A model generated the notes under the pieces. The model was not told the origin of the DNA. It ran no database searches and was given only the letters and a program-made list of their open reading frames with translations. The position numbers were made by a program, and so were the translations under genes. DNA of 64,000 bases from Anaeromyxobacter sp. GTDB taxonomy: Bacteria > Myxococcota > Myxococcia > Myxococcales > Anaeromyxobacteraceae. The stretch lies in NCBI GenBank assembly GCA_049840735.1, contig JASGJN010000022.1, positions 160,001 to 224,000 on the forward strand. The letters are read 5' to 3'. Positions within the stretch are counted from its first letter, which is position 1, and each line of letters opens with the position of its first letter. This document shows positions 46,897 through 56,907 of this stretch, one piece after another.

Positions 46897-47928
46897 GTGG
46901 ACCATATTGGCATCGACCTGCACAAGAAGGACAGCCAGCTTTGCATCCTGAACGCGGAGGGCGGGGTTCTGGAGGTGCGGATCCCCACCCGGGCCGACCG
47001 GTTCGCCGAGGTGCTCGCGAACAGGCCGCGGGCCAAGCTCCTGCTGGAGGCCTCCACGGAAAGCGAATGGGTGGCGCGGCACATCGAATCGCTCGGGCAC
47101 GAAGTGATCGTGGCCGACCCGAATTACGCGCCGATGTACGGGACGCGGACGAGGCGGGTAAAGACCGATCGGCGAGATGCCCGAGCGCTGGCCGAGGCTT
47201 GCCGTTCAGGGACCTACCGAGCGGCCCACCGGAGGTCGGAATCCAGGCGGACGGTCGCTGTCCGCTTGTCGGTGAGAGACACGCTGGTCCGCACCAGGTC
47301 GCGGTTCATCACGGTGACCCGGACGTCCTTGCGGAGCCATGGGCTACGGGCCCCGAGCTGTGAAGCCGAGCACTTCGCGCGGGTGGTGTTGGAGATGGCC
47401 CTGCCGGACGAGGTCCGCGACGAGGTCGAGCCGTTGCTGCTGATGTTCGACACGCTGAACGCCCGGATCGCCAAGGCCGACGCTGACCTCGAGGCCATCG
47501 CCCGCGACAGCGCAGTGGTACGGAGGCTCACGACGGCGCCAGGCGTGGGCGTCGTGACGGCCATTGCGTACGACGTCGTCATCGATGATCCCAAGCGCTT
47601 CCAGAGTGCCCAGCAGGTGTCCGCCTACTGCGGCCTGGTCCCTAGCGAGCTGAGCTCGGGCGAGAAACAGCGCAAGGGGCGGATCACCAAGACCGGCAAC
47701 GCCAGGGTGCGCTGGCTTCTCGTCCAGGCCGCGCACTGCGTCTTGCGCAGCAAGAGCGCAGAGTCGCTGCCGCTGCGCGAATGGGCGGGGAAGATCCACC
47801 GGCGGAGGGGACGCGCAGTCGCCGTCGTGGCGCTGGCGCGCAAACTCTCCGGAATCCTGTTCGCGATGATGAGGGACGGGAAGGACTTCGACGGCAGCCG
47901 CACCTGCAGGGGAAACGCGATGGCCTAG
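46897..47928 (+). CDS. IS110 family DEDD transposase/recombinase
   Basis: IGIDLHK, LLEAS, KTDRRDA (DEDD); PGVG, GLVP..SSG (catalytic Ser), GRITKTGN. Confidence 0.96.
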   Translation: MDHIGIDLHKKDSQLCILNAEGGVLEVRIPTRADRFAEVLANRPRAKLLLEASTESEWVARHIESLGHEVIVADPNYAPMYGTRTRRVKTDRRDARALAEACRSGTYRAAHRRSESRRTVAVRLSVRDTLVRTRSRFITVTRTSLRSHGLRAPSCEAEHFARVVLEMALPDEVRDEVEPLLLMFDTLNARIAKADADLEAIARDSAVVRRLTTAPGVGVVTAIAYDVVIDDPKRFQSAQQVSAYCGLVPSELSSGEKQRKGRITKTGNARVRWLLVQAAHCVLRSKSAESLPLREWAGKIHRRRGRAVAVVALARKLSGILFAMMRDGKDFDGSRTCRGNAMA

Positions 47929-47969
47929 ACGACCGAAATCGGACCCAGTCGGGCGGACGCCGGGCCGGA

Positions 47970-48160
47970 GATCCGGGAGTGAGGCGAAAGCGGGTTTCGA
48001 GACAGGGTGAGCGCGAGTTCGGCCTTGGCTGGTCACCAGGAACGGCCGTCGCTCAGATGGCGCCCCCTGCTCGAATCCCCCACTGCGCCGGCGGCACTGC
48101 CGCCCCTGTCGAGCGCGAATAGAAGGCTGATGGAACTCGCGTTCGCCTGACTCCCTGACC
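47970..48160 (+). ncRNA. Putative bridge/seekRNA of the IS1111-type element
   Basis: Stems 47975-47988/48142-48155 and 48012-48020/48133-48141; target matches GTTCGGCCT and CGCTCAG; donor match ATAGAAG; boundaries approximate. Confidence 0.7.
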
Positions 48161-48256
48161 GATGGCCAACCAGCGCCGCCCAGGCTTCAGGACAAACGAC
48201 ATCACCGGCCCTTGACCGGGGACGCCGCTTCATAGAAGGCCGAACGGCCCGGCCAC

Positions 48257-48304
48257 CCGTTCGGCCTGAGCGCAGCCGCCGCGGAGCGGCGGCGGAGTCG
48301 AAGG
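48257..48304 (-). repeat. REP-like repeat, inverted partner copy
   Basis: Minus strand reads CCTTCGACTCCG-hairpin-CTGCGCTCAGGCCGAACGG. Confidence 0.88.
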
Positions 48305-48341
48305 CCAGGCGCGGCTCGGCGGTCGTTGCGGCGCCGCTGGA

Positions 48342-48710
48342 CTACGCGTCCTTGGGCCGCTCGCCGTGGCGGGCGGTGACGACGGTGTGGATGCCGCCGC
48401 GGACCATGAAGTCGCCCACCACCTCGAGCCAGCGCGGCGCGATGGCGGCCACGATGTCGTCGCAGATGCGGTTGGTCACCGCCTCGTGGAACGTGCCCTC
48501 GTCGCGGAAGCTCCAGAGGTAGAGCTTGAGGCTCTTCAGCTCCACGCACTTCTCCGCCGGGATGTAGCGGATCCGGATGGTGGCGAAGTCCGGCTGGCCC
48601 GTCATCGGGCACACGCAGGTGAACTCCGGGCACTCCATCGCGACCTCGAACGGGCGCCCGGGCTTCGGGTTGGGGAAGGTCTGCAGCTCGCGGGAGGGCT
48701 TGGTGGCCAT
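48342..48710 (-). CDS. queF: NADPH-dependent preQ0 reductase (type I)
   Basis: PEFTCVCPMTGQPDFA, ELKSLKLYL, FHE, RGGI. Confidence 0.96.
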   Translation of the reverse strand: MATKPSRELQTFPNPKPGRPFEVAMECPEFTCVCPMTGQPDFATIRIRYIPAEKCVELKSLKLYLWSFRDEGTFHEAVTNRICDDIVAAIAPRWLEVVGDFMVRGGIHTVVTARHGERPKDA

Positions 48711-48852
48711 GAACCAGTAAATCCTTCAGAAGGAGCCCGAGTGGGGAAATCGCCTACCCAGGGCTGTCGCCTTTTCCAAACGGCGACGGGAAAAACTACA
48801 GCCTCGGCGCTATCGGTCGCGCCAAGCCCCTGTAACGCCGCGGCCGAGGCGA

Positions 48853-48868
48853 AGGCAAGCGGATTGCT
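48853..48868 (+). promoter_or_regulatory. Putative sigma-54 (-24/-12) promoter
   Basis: GG-CAAGCGGATT-GC, exact GG-N10-GC spacing with TTGC. Confidence 0.6.
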
Positions 48869-48900
48869 TTGGAGGAGGTCGAGCCCGAACTGGAGGGAGC

Positions 48901-49095
48901 ATGAAGACCACCGGCACCCGCCGCACCCTGCGCAGCGCCCCCAAGCGTCTGGTCACCACCATCGGCAATCTGATCTCCGCCGCCTACGAGGCCGCCCCCG
49001 GCATCGGCGACAAGAAGCTGGAGCGCGCCCTGCGCCTGCTCACCCGCTCCCCGCTGGCCCGCCAGCTCAATCCTCACGTGGAGTTCGTCCGCTAG
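48901..49095 (+). CDS. Small basic hypothetical protein (64 aa)
   Basis: Strong [13 protein letters not shown]3-rich codons. Confidence 0.7.
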   Translation: MKTTGTRRTLRSAPKRLVTTIGNLISAAYEAAPGIGDKKLERALRLLTRSPLARQLNPHVEFVR

Positions 49096-49402
49096 CGTCC
49101 GACCCTCGACGCTGCCGGGCGGTACGCCGGCCGCGCGGGCGCTCCTGGCTGAATCCCACGCGCCGGACCCGGCCGCCCCTCCGGGTCCGGCGGCTGCATT
49201 TCTCCCCGCCGAGCCACCTCCGGGCACCCTCCCACCGCCGCCTCCCACCGCCGCCTCCCACCCCCACGGACGGCCCGCGCCCCGGGCGCGCGCTGCCCGG
49301 AGTCCAGGCAGCCGCGAAGGTCGCGCACCGACCCCGAGGCGGGTATCCTCCGCCGCCGCAGGCCAGAACCGCGCACCCGCGCGGCATCGCCGCGGAGGCC
49401 CC

Positions 49403-51488
49403 GTGACCGCACCCCTCGAGACGACCCCAGCGCCCACCGGCCTGCCGGAAAACGCCTTCCGCCCCCTCGAGCCGGGCGAGACCTTCCGGCCCATGGTGCC
49501 GGCCAGCGCCTCGCCGCCCGAGCTGACCGTCCGCTCGGTGGTGCAGGGCGTGATCTGGTCGGCGGTCTTCTCTGCGGCGGCGACCTTCATCATCCTGAAG
49601 CTCGGCCAGGGGATCGAGTCGGCCATCCCCATCTCCATCCTGGCGGTGGGCGTCTCGGCGCTGCTGGTGCAGGTGCTGAAGGCTCGCGGCTCCACGCTGC
49701 TGGAGAACGTGAACGTGCTGGCCTGGGGCGCCACCTCCGGCATCGTGGCCGGCGGCTCGGTCTTCACCATGCCGGCCATCTTCATCCTGGGCCTCGAGGG
49801 CCGGAGCAGCTTCTGGCAAATCTTCCTGGTGCCGCTGCTGGGCGCGGTGCTGGGCGTGTTCCTGCTGGCGCCCTTCCGCCGCTACTTCACCCACGACCTG
49901 CACGGCAAGCTGCCCTTCCCCGAGGGGCGCGCCACCACCGAGATCCTGGTGGCGGGCAACAAGGGCGGCGACAGCGCCATCACCCTGGCCTGGTCGGCCG
50001 GCCTGGCCGCGGCCTTCGACTTCGTCGGCCCGTCGATGAAGGGGTTCTCCGACACCTTCTCGACCGCCGCCATCGGCGCCTTCTCCACGCTGACCCACAA
50101 GGTGAAGGCGGTCTTCTCCATGAACACGTCCGCGGCCATCTTCGGCCTCGGCTACATCATGGGCGTGGACTACGCCGCCATCATCCTGGCCGGCTCCTTC
50201 ATCTCCTACTTCGTGCTGGTGCCGATCTTCGCCTGGGTGGGGCCGCACCTCGCGACCCCGCTGCTCCAGGGCGGCGCGCCGCTCGCGGAGCTGCCGTTCG
50301 ACGGGATCTTCAGGGACTACGCCCGCCCCATCGGCATCGGCGGCATCTTCGCGGCCGGGCTGCTCTCCATCCTCAAGATGTCGCCGGTGATCGGCCAGGC
50401 CATCAAGGTGGCCGTGGGCGAGGTGATCCGGCTGGCCCGCGGCGCCGGCTCGGTGGCCTCCTCCGAGCGGACCGACCGCTCCATCCCCATGGCCGGGGTG
50501 CTGGGCGGCATGGTCCTCACCACGCTGCTCACCTTCCTCTACTTCCGCTTCGCGGTGCTGGCGGACGAGCCCGGCGCCACCCGCCTGGCGCTCCTCTCCG
50601 CGCTGCTCACGCTGGGCATCTCCTTCCTGTTCGCGGCGGTCTCGGCCTGGGCCATCGCCATGATCTCCATCACGCCCATCTCCGGCATGACGCTCACCAC
50701 GCTGATCGTCACCGCCGTGCTGCTCTCGGCCATGGGGCTCAAGGGGCAGAGCGGCATGCTGCAGACGCTCCTCATCGGCGGCGTGGTCTGCACCGCGCTC
50801 TCCATGAGCGGCTCCCTGGTGACCCAGTACAAGATCGGCTACTGGCTGGGCTCGACGCCGCGGCGGAATCGAGTGGGGCAACATCATCGGCTCGGTGGTG
50901 GCGTCGCTCTTCACCACCGGCACCATCTTCCTGATGGCCAAGGTGTACGGCTTCACCGCCTCGCCCGAGCACCTGCACCCCATGGCCGCGCCGCAGCCCA
51001 ACGCCATGGCGGCGGTGCTGACCGGCGTGATGGGCACCGGCGACGCCCCCTGGTTCCTCTACGGCCTCGGCGCGGTCTTCGCGGTGGCGGCCGAGATGTG
51101 CGGCGTCTCCGGCCTGGCCCTGGCGCTGGGCATGTACCTGCCCATGGACCTCAACTCGCCGCTGATCCTCGGCGCGGCCACGGCCTGGCTGCTCAAGCGG
51201 TCGTCGAAGGACGAGAAGGTGGCCGCCGCCCGCCACGAGCGCGGCACGCTGATCGCGTCCGGCTTCATCGCCGGCGGCGCGCTCATCGGCGTCATCACCG
51301 CGCTGCTCCGGTTCCTCGAGGGCCAGTTCGGGATCACCCTCATCCCCGACCTGACCCACCTGCCCGGCCTCGGGCCGGTGCTGGAGGGCTGGGCCAACTG
51401 GTCCGGCCTGGGCGCGTTCCTGCTGCTGGGCGGGTTCGTGTACTGGATCAGCCGCCGGTCGGCGAAGGAGCCGGAGGGGCAGGCATAG
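49403..51488 (+). CDS. OPT family oligopeptide transporter (apparent +1 error at 50866-50870 GAATC)
   Basis: ESAIPISIL, LENV, LPFPEG, TPISGMT, GYWLGSTP, APQPNAM, LGMYLP, ASGFIAGG. Confidence 0.92.
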
Positions 51489-53107
51489 GCGCGCGCTGCC
51501 GCCGCCGGCGCAGCGCGTCCCAGGCCTCGTGCAGCCGCAGCCGGTCGGCCGGGGCCACGCCCACGCCGGCCAGGACCCGCCCGTCCTGCGCCTGCAGGAT
51601 GGCCTCGGGGGGCAGGCCGCGCAGGAACGCGCGGTCGAGGGTCTGCAGCGGCAGCTTGCGGGCCGGGAGCGGCAGCGCCAGCCGCTCGAATCTCGGAGGG
51701 GACCAGCTCCAGCACGCCGCCGCCGTAGTGGCGCCCCTCCAGCTCGGCGGTGAGCGCGGTCAGGCTGTTCACGAAGGCCGCCACCAGCTGGCCGGGGTCG
51801 GTCCCGCCCTGCGGCACCAGCCGGTAGGCGGTGTCGGTGGTGAGCGCGCCGGCCTCGTTGAGCACCAGCCGGGGCAGGTCGTGGGCGCGCTTCAGCAGGC
51901 TCACGGGAGCGGGCCAGACCGAGGGCACCACGTACCAGGGCGAGCGGGTCCGGCACTTGTAGCGGCGCGGCAGCCCCTGGGCTTCACCCAGCGCCAGGTA
52001 ATGGCGCAGGCCGGGCGGGTGGCGGTCACCGGCGCGGGAGAGGTCGAGGAAGTGGGCGGGCAGGCCGCTCTTGCGGTTCTCCTCCTGGCGACGCGCGTCG
52101 TGGATCACGCCCCGCACGTGCTCGCTCCGGCCGAACATGGGGCGCGCGTACGCGTGCAGGCCGTGGGCCTCGACGGTGGCGTCGTCCACCAGGAAGAAGG
52201 CGTTGGCGCCGGTGACGATCCCCACGTCCACCTCGGCCGCCTCGCCCAGCCGGCGCACGCCCGGCGCGGCGGAGAGGCCCTCCAGCAGCGCGCGGGTCCG
52301 CTCCGGCAGGAACAGCGTCATCCACTTGCCGCCCAGCCGGTCGCCGGGGACGCAGGCCGCGCGCCGGAAGAGCCGCTCCGGGCTGCCGCGCAGGAAGGCC
52401 GCCCCGCGCACCGCCACCACGCCCACCTCGGCGGGCGGCGCGCCTGCGGCGGCGCGCTCGCAGAGGAGCAGCACCGTGCCCTGCAGCGCGTCCTCGAACC
52501 AGAGCTCGGCCGGGTCGACCACCACCACCCGGCTGCAGCCCGCCACCAGCGCCTCGCGCAGCGCCCCGGCGTGCAGCACGTGCAGGAGCTCGGCCGGGAT
52601 CACCATGGCCAGCCGGCCGCCGGGGCGCAGCTGGCGCAGCGCCGCCAGCACGAAGGGCACCCACAGGTTCACGTGGCGTGTGAAGGGCAGGCCAGCCTTC
52701 GCGAAGAGCTGCTCGGCCCGCTGCTGGGCCTCCTCGGACAGGAACTGGTAGCGGACGTAGGGCGGGTTCCCCAGCGCCGCGTCGAAGCCGGGGCGGGCGT
52801 CGTCGTGCGCGAGCGCCCAGGCCAGCAGGTCGCCCTGCAAGACCGTGGCGCGCAGCCCGGCCGCGCGCGCCGCCTCCCGGGCCTTGGCGGCCTCCTCTCC
52901 CTGGAGCTCGATCCCCAGCAGCTCGCCGTCGAAGCGCGGCGCCTCGGCGGCGACCGCCCGCAGGAAGGCCCCGTCCCCGCAGGAGGGCTCGAGGATCCGG
53001 CGCGGCCGCGCCGCGAGCACCCAGCGCGCCAGGAAGCGCGCCAGCGCCGGCGGCGTGTAGTAGCCGCCGCGCAGCTTGTCTGCGGTCTGGTGCTCGAGGA
53101 AGTCCAT
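51448..53107 (-). CDS. Gamma-class N6-adenine DNA methyltransferase (apparent +1 error at 51688-51692 GAATC)
   Basis: GGYYTP, ILEPSCGDGAF (motif I), GNPPY (motif IV), EGRHYGGGVLELVPSE(IERL). Confidence 0.88.
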
Positions 53108-53146
53108 CGGGGCGGGAGAGCCTAACGCAATCCCGGCCCGAGAGGC

Positions 53147-54491
53147 TCAGAGCACCTGATCGATGGTGACCACGTCCACCAGCCCCAGCACGTTGTAGAT
53201 GGCGGGGATGACCTTCTCCGGCGGGTGCTTGCGCCGCAGCTCGGCCACCTTGTCGGTGCCGGCGCGATACGCCGGCAGGTACATGCGCCCCAGCAGCGGG
53301 TGGCGGCCCCAGGCGCCGGAGAGCTTGTCGGCGCGCTCGTCCGACACCAGGTAGTCGTTGCGCAGCACCTTCGCCACGTCCGCCTGCTCCTTGCCTTCCT
53401 TCCAGGTGAGCCAGGAGGACTGGTTCTTGGCGTCGTCCTGCAACAGGGCCAAGAGCGTGCCGATCTGCGTGTCGTCGTCCGGCAGCTCGTGGATCTCCTT
53501 CACGCCGTACGCCATCAGGATGGCGTTGTTGGCGATGCCCTCTGAGAGCGAGGCGCCGCGGGTGTTCATGGTGAGGACGGTGGCCTCGAACCCCAGCTTC
53601 TTCTCGACGTAGAGCCCCTGCGCCAGCGCGAAGTTGGTGACGTGGCCCGGCACCACCTCGTGCGACACCAGCTGGATGAACTCGGGGTAGGAGATCTCCA
53701 GCGCCGCGTTGATCTCGTAGGTGGCCTCGTACTGCGGCGAGCGGTCGGCGTTGCGGGCCCGGCCCACGTAGTTCATCGAGCCGGAGAACCAGGCGTTCTC
53801 GATGGGCAGGAACTGGATGTTGGCCCGCGGCACACCGTGAAGCGAGGCGGGCAGGTACGGGACCACGTGGCGCCGCGTCCCCTCCTCCAGCTGCGCAATC
53901 AACGCGTCCGCCATCTGCTTGATCGACTTCTTCGGGACCAGCCGCTCCTTGCGCCAGGCGTCCACCGCCGCCAGCAGCTCGGCGGGCGAGCCGGTCTTGT
54001 ACCCGGCCTTCGAGAGCAGCCGCGCCAGCAGGTCCTTCTTGGCGGCCGGCTGCGAGGGCTCCGGCGGGCGGCCGGTGGAGCCGATCACGCACCGCTCGTA
54101 GGCCACCTTGGGCCCCTTGCCGCGCAGCTCCTGGACCAGCTCGTACATGACCTGGCAGCACTCCGCCTGGCCCACGAGGTAGGCGCCGCGGAGGCCGCCC
54201 AGCGCCTTTCCCTGCGCGCCCATCTCGGCGATGGCCCCCTGCACGTCCACCGCCGCCAGGTAGGCGTCGATGGCGGCGTGGTCAGGCGCCTTGGCGGCGA
54301 TGCCGCCGGTGTCCCGCAGCCGGGCGGCGGCGGGGTGGGTGTAGGCGGCCGGCAGCGGCTCGTCGGAGTACCAGGAGTCGGCGATGAACCGGCCGACGCC
54401 CGAGGGGTTCATGACGTCCCCGCCCCATAGCGTGTCGAATCCCCAGGATCGCGGTGGCGGTGGTGCTGGCCAGCTGGGCCTCGGTGGGCAT
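53147..54491 (-). CDS. Hypothetical protein, DUF885/gluzincin-like (apparent +1 error at 54437-54441 GAATC)
   Basis: SHEVVPGH followed by LSEGIAN; restored N-terminus MPTEAQLASTTATAILGIDTLWGG. Confidence 0.7.
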
Positions 54492-54694
54492 GGGGCGGGT
54501 CCTTTCACAGACCGGGGGTCGGGAACGGCGGGGACATTAACACCGGGCCCGCCCGTCCGCCGTGGATGTTGGGACGGGGGCTGCGCCCCCGCCCCGCCAG
54601 CAAAGCTGGCGGGGCCCCCACCCCGGCTTTGTTTCCGATTCGTGATCGCTCGTCTAGACTGCGCGACCAGCCAGGACCCCCGCCCGGAGCCACG

Positions 54695-56698
54695 ATGGAC
54701 GCGCCCTCCCAGACCTCGCTGCCCGAGAACGCCTACCGCCCGCTCAACCCCGGTGAGACCTACCAGCCGATGGTCCCGGCGACGCAGTCGCCGCCGGAGT
54801 CGACCTGGCGCTCGGTGCTGTGGGGCCTCCTCTTCTGCGCCATCTTCACCATCGCCTCGGCGTACTCAGGCCTCAAGGTCGGCCAGGTGATGGAGGCGGC
54901 CATCCCCATCTCCATCCTGGCCATCGGCCTGGCGCGGGTGTACGCGCGCCGCTCCAGCGTGCTGGAGAACGTCATCATCACCGGCATCGGCGGGAACTCC
55001 GGCGCGGTGGTGGCCGGCGCCATCTTCACGCTGCCGGCGCTCTACATCATGAAGCTCGACCCGCACCCCTGGCAGACCATCTTCATCTGCCTGGCCGGCG
55101 GGGTCCTGGGCGTCCTCTTCCTGATCCCGCTCCGCCGCTACTTCGTGCGCGAGACGCACGGGCAGTTCCCGTACCCCGAGGCGACCGCCATCACCGAGGT
55201 GCTGGTCACCGGCGAGAAGGGCGGCTCCCAGGCCAAGCTGCTGCTCCAGGCCACCGGCGTGGCCATGGTCTACGACTTCTTCGTCACCACGTTCCAGGTC
55301 TGGAAGGAGTTCATCGACTTCCGGTTCCTCCCGGTCGTGAACGGCCTCGCCCAGAAGGCGAAGATGACCCTCTCCTTCGACGGCGTGGGGTTCATCCTGG
55401 GGCTGGGCTACGTGATGGGGCTCCGCTCCTCCATGCTGCTCTGCGCCGGCGGGGTCCTCGCCAACCTGGTGCTGGTGCCGCTCATCTGGTTCATCGGGCA
55501 GCGGCTGCCCGACGCCGTCTACCCGGCCACCATCCCCATCTCGCAGATGGACGCGAACCAGATCTTCCGCGGCTACGTCCGCTACATCGGCGTGGGCGCC
55601 ATCGCCACGGCCGGGATCTTCGGCATCCTCAAGTCGCTCCGGATCATCGCCGGCTCCTTCGGCATCGCCGTGAAGGCGTTCCGCTCCGGGGGCGAGGCGC
55701 AGCTGGCGCGGACGGATCGCGACGTCTCGGTGATGACCATCCTCATCGGCGTGGTGGTGGCCACGCTGCTGGTGGCCGTGTTCATGGGCTCGCTGGGGGC
55801 CTCGCCGGCCGTGCTCGTCATCGGTGTGCTGCTCATCCTGCTGTTCTCCTTCTTCTTCACCACCGTGGCCGCCAACGCCATCGCCACCACGGCCCGCAAC
55901 CCGGTCTCGGGCATGACCATGCTGACGATCATCTTCTCGTCGGTGGTGCTGCTCCGGTTCGGCCTCTCCGGCCAGACGGGCATGTTCTTCGTCATGGCCA
56001 TCGCCGGCATGGTCTGCACTGCGCTCTCGGTCTCCGGCCAGACCATCACCAATCTCAAGACCGGCTACTGGCTGGGGTCGACGCCGGCGGCGCAGGAGCG
56101 TGCGAAGTTCCTGGGCCTGGTGGTGGCCGCGGTGGCGGCCGGCCTCACCATCGCGGCCCTGTCGGTGACCTACCAGTTCGGCGAGGCGCTGGAGGGGGAC
56201 GGGCGCCCGGTGCTGGTCGCGCCCCAGGCCTCCATCATGCAGTCGCTGGTGCAGGGGTTCATGAGCCAGCAGCCGGTGGCCTACCTGCTCTTCGGCGTCG
56301 GAGCGATGCTGGCCATCATCCTGGAGATGCTGAAGGTGCCGGCGCTCACCTTCGCCCTGGGCATGTACCTGCCGCTCGAGCTCAACTCGCCGGCCCTGGT
56401 CGGCGGCTTCCTCCACCACCTGGTGACCCGGCGTGCAGACAGGACCGGCGGCGAGGCCGGCCAGTCCATCCGCGAGAAGGGCGTGATCATCGCCTCGGGC
56501 CTGATGGCCGGCGGCGCCCTGGGCGGCGTGCTCGGGGCGGGGCTGCGGCTGGTCCCCGGCTACAGCGAGGACCTGATCCGCACGCCGTTCTACGGGGACG
56601 AGGCCATCTCGCAGTCGGTGAGCACCGTGGCCTTCCTCGGCCTGTGCCTCTACCTGTGGTTCGGCTCCGTCCGGAAGGCCAAGGCCGCCCGGGCCTGA
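54695..56698 (+). CDS. OPT family oligopeptide transporter
   Basis: YSGLKVG, EAAIPISIL, FPYPEATA, NPVSGMT, LKTGYWLG, APQA, LGMYLP. Confidence 0.93.
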   Translation: MDAPSQTSLPENAYRPLNPGETYQPMVPATQSPPESTWRSVLWGLLFCAIFTIASAYSGLKVGQVMEAAIPISILAIGLARVYARRSSVLENVIITGIGGNSGAVVAGAIFTLPALYIMKLDPHPWQTIFICLAGGVLGVLFLIPLRRYFVRETHGQFPYPEATAITEVLVTGEKGGSQAKLLLQATGVAMVYDFFVTTFQVWKEFIDFRFLPVVNGLAQKAKMTLSFDGVGFILGLGYVMGLRSSMLLCAGGVLANLVLVPLIWFIGQRLPDAVYPATIPISQMDANQIFRGYVRYIGVGAIATAGIFGILKSLRIIAGSFGIAVKAFRSGGEAQLARTDRDVSVMTILIGVVVATLLVAVFMGSLGASPAVLVIGVLLILLFSFFFTTVAANAIATTARNPVSGMTMLTIIFSSVVLLRFGLSGQTGMFFVMAIAGMVCTALSVSGQTITNLKTGYWLGSTPAAQERAKFLGLVVAAVAAGLTIAALSVTYQFGEALEGDGRPVLVAPQASIMQSLVQGFMSQQPVAYLLFGVGAMLAIILEMLKVPALTFALGMYLPLELNSPALVGGFLHHLVTRRADRTGGEAGQSIREKGVIIASGLMAGGALGGVLGAGLRLVPGYSEDLIRTPFYGDEAISQSVSTVAFLGLCLYLWFGSVRKAKAARA

Positions 56699-56907
56699 CC
56701 GCCCTGGCCCCCGCCCGAGTGGCCGGGGTACCGGTCCGCTGACCTGGGGCTGCGGAGCCCCAGGCGGTCGCACGGCCCGATCGCGCCTTTCCCGGCCCTC
56801 CGCGCGAGGTGCTCGCGGCACGTGCACTGCACGCCCTGCACGTGCGTCGGCGGCCCACGCTGGCCCACCCGTGATCGTGTACGGGCCCCGGCGCGCGGAG
56901 ACAGCTC

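Larger units (their letters stand above)
46808..48238 (+). mobile_element. IS110-family (IS1111-type) insertion sequence
   Basis: Sub-terminal IRs ATGAAGCGGC (46815-46824) and GCCGCTTCAT (48224-48233); AG core at both junctions; long 3' non-coding end; no TSD. Confidence 0.92.

Noticed and set aside
48710..48800. preQ1 riboswitch upstream of queF
   Set aside because: No recognisable preQ1 consensus by eye; an Rfam scan would be decisive
49229..49265. Short tandem repeat CTCCCACCGCCGC
   Set aside because: Only about two copies in GC-rich intergenic DNA; probably slippage with no sign of function
49403..53125. 1240-aa OPT fusion ORF; likewise the extended tkt (2508-5153) and MTase (51059-53107) C-termini
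   Set aside because: Read-through products of single-base errors; the real C-termini are in other frames
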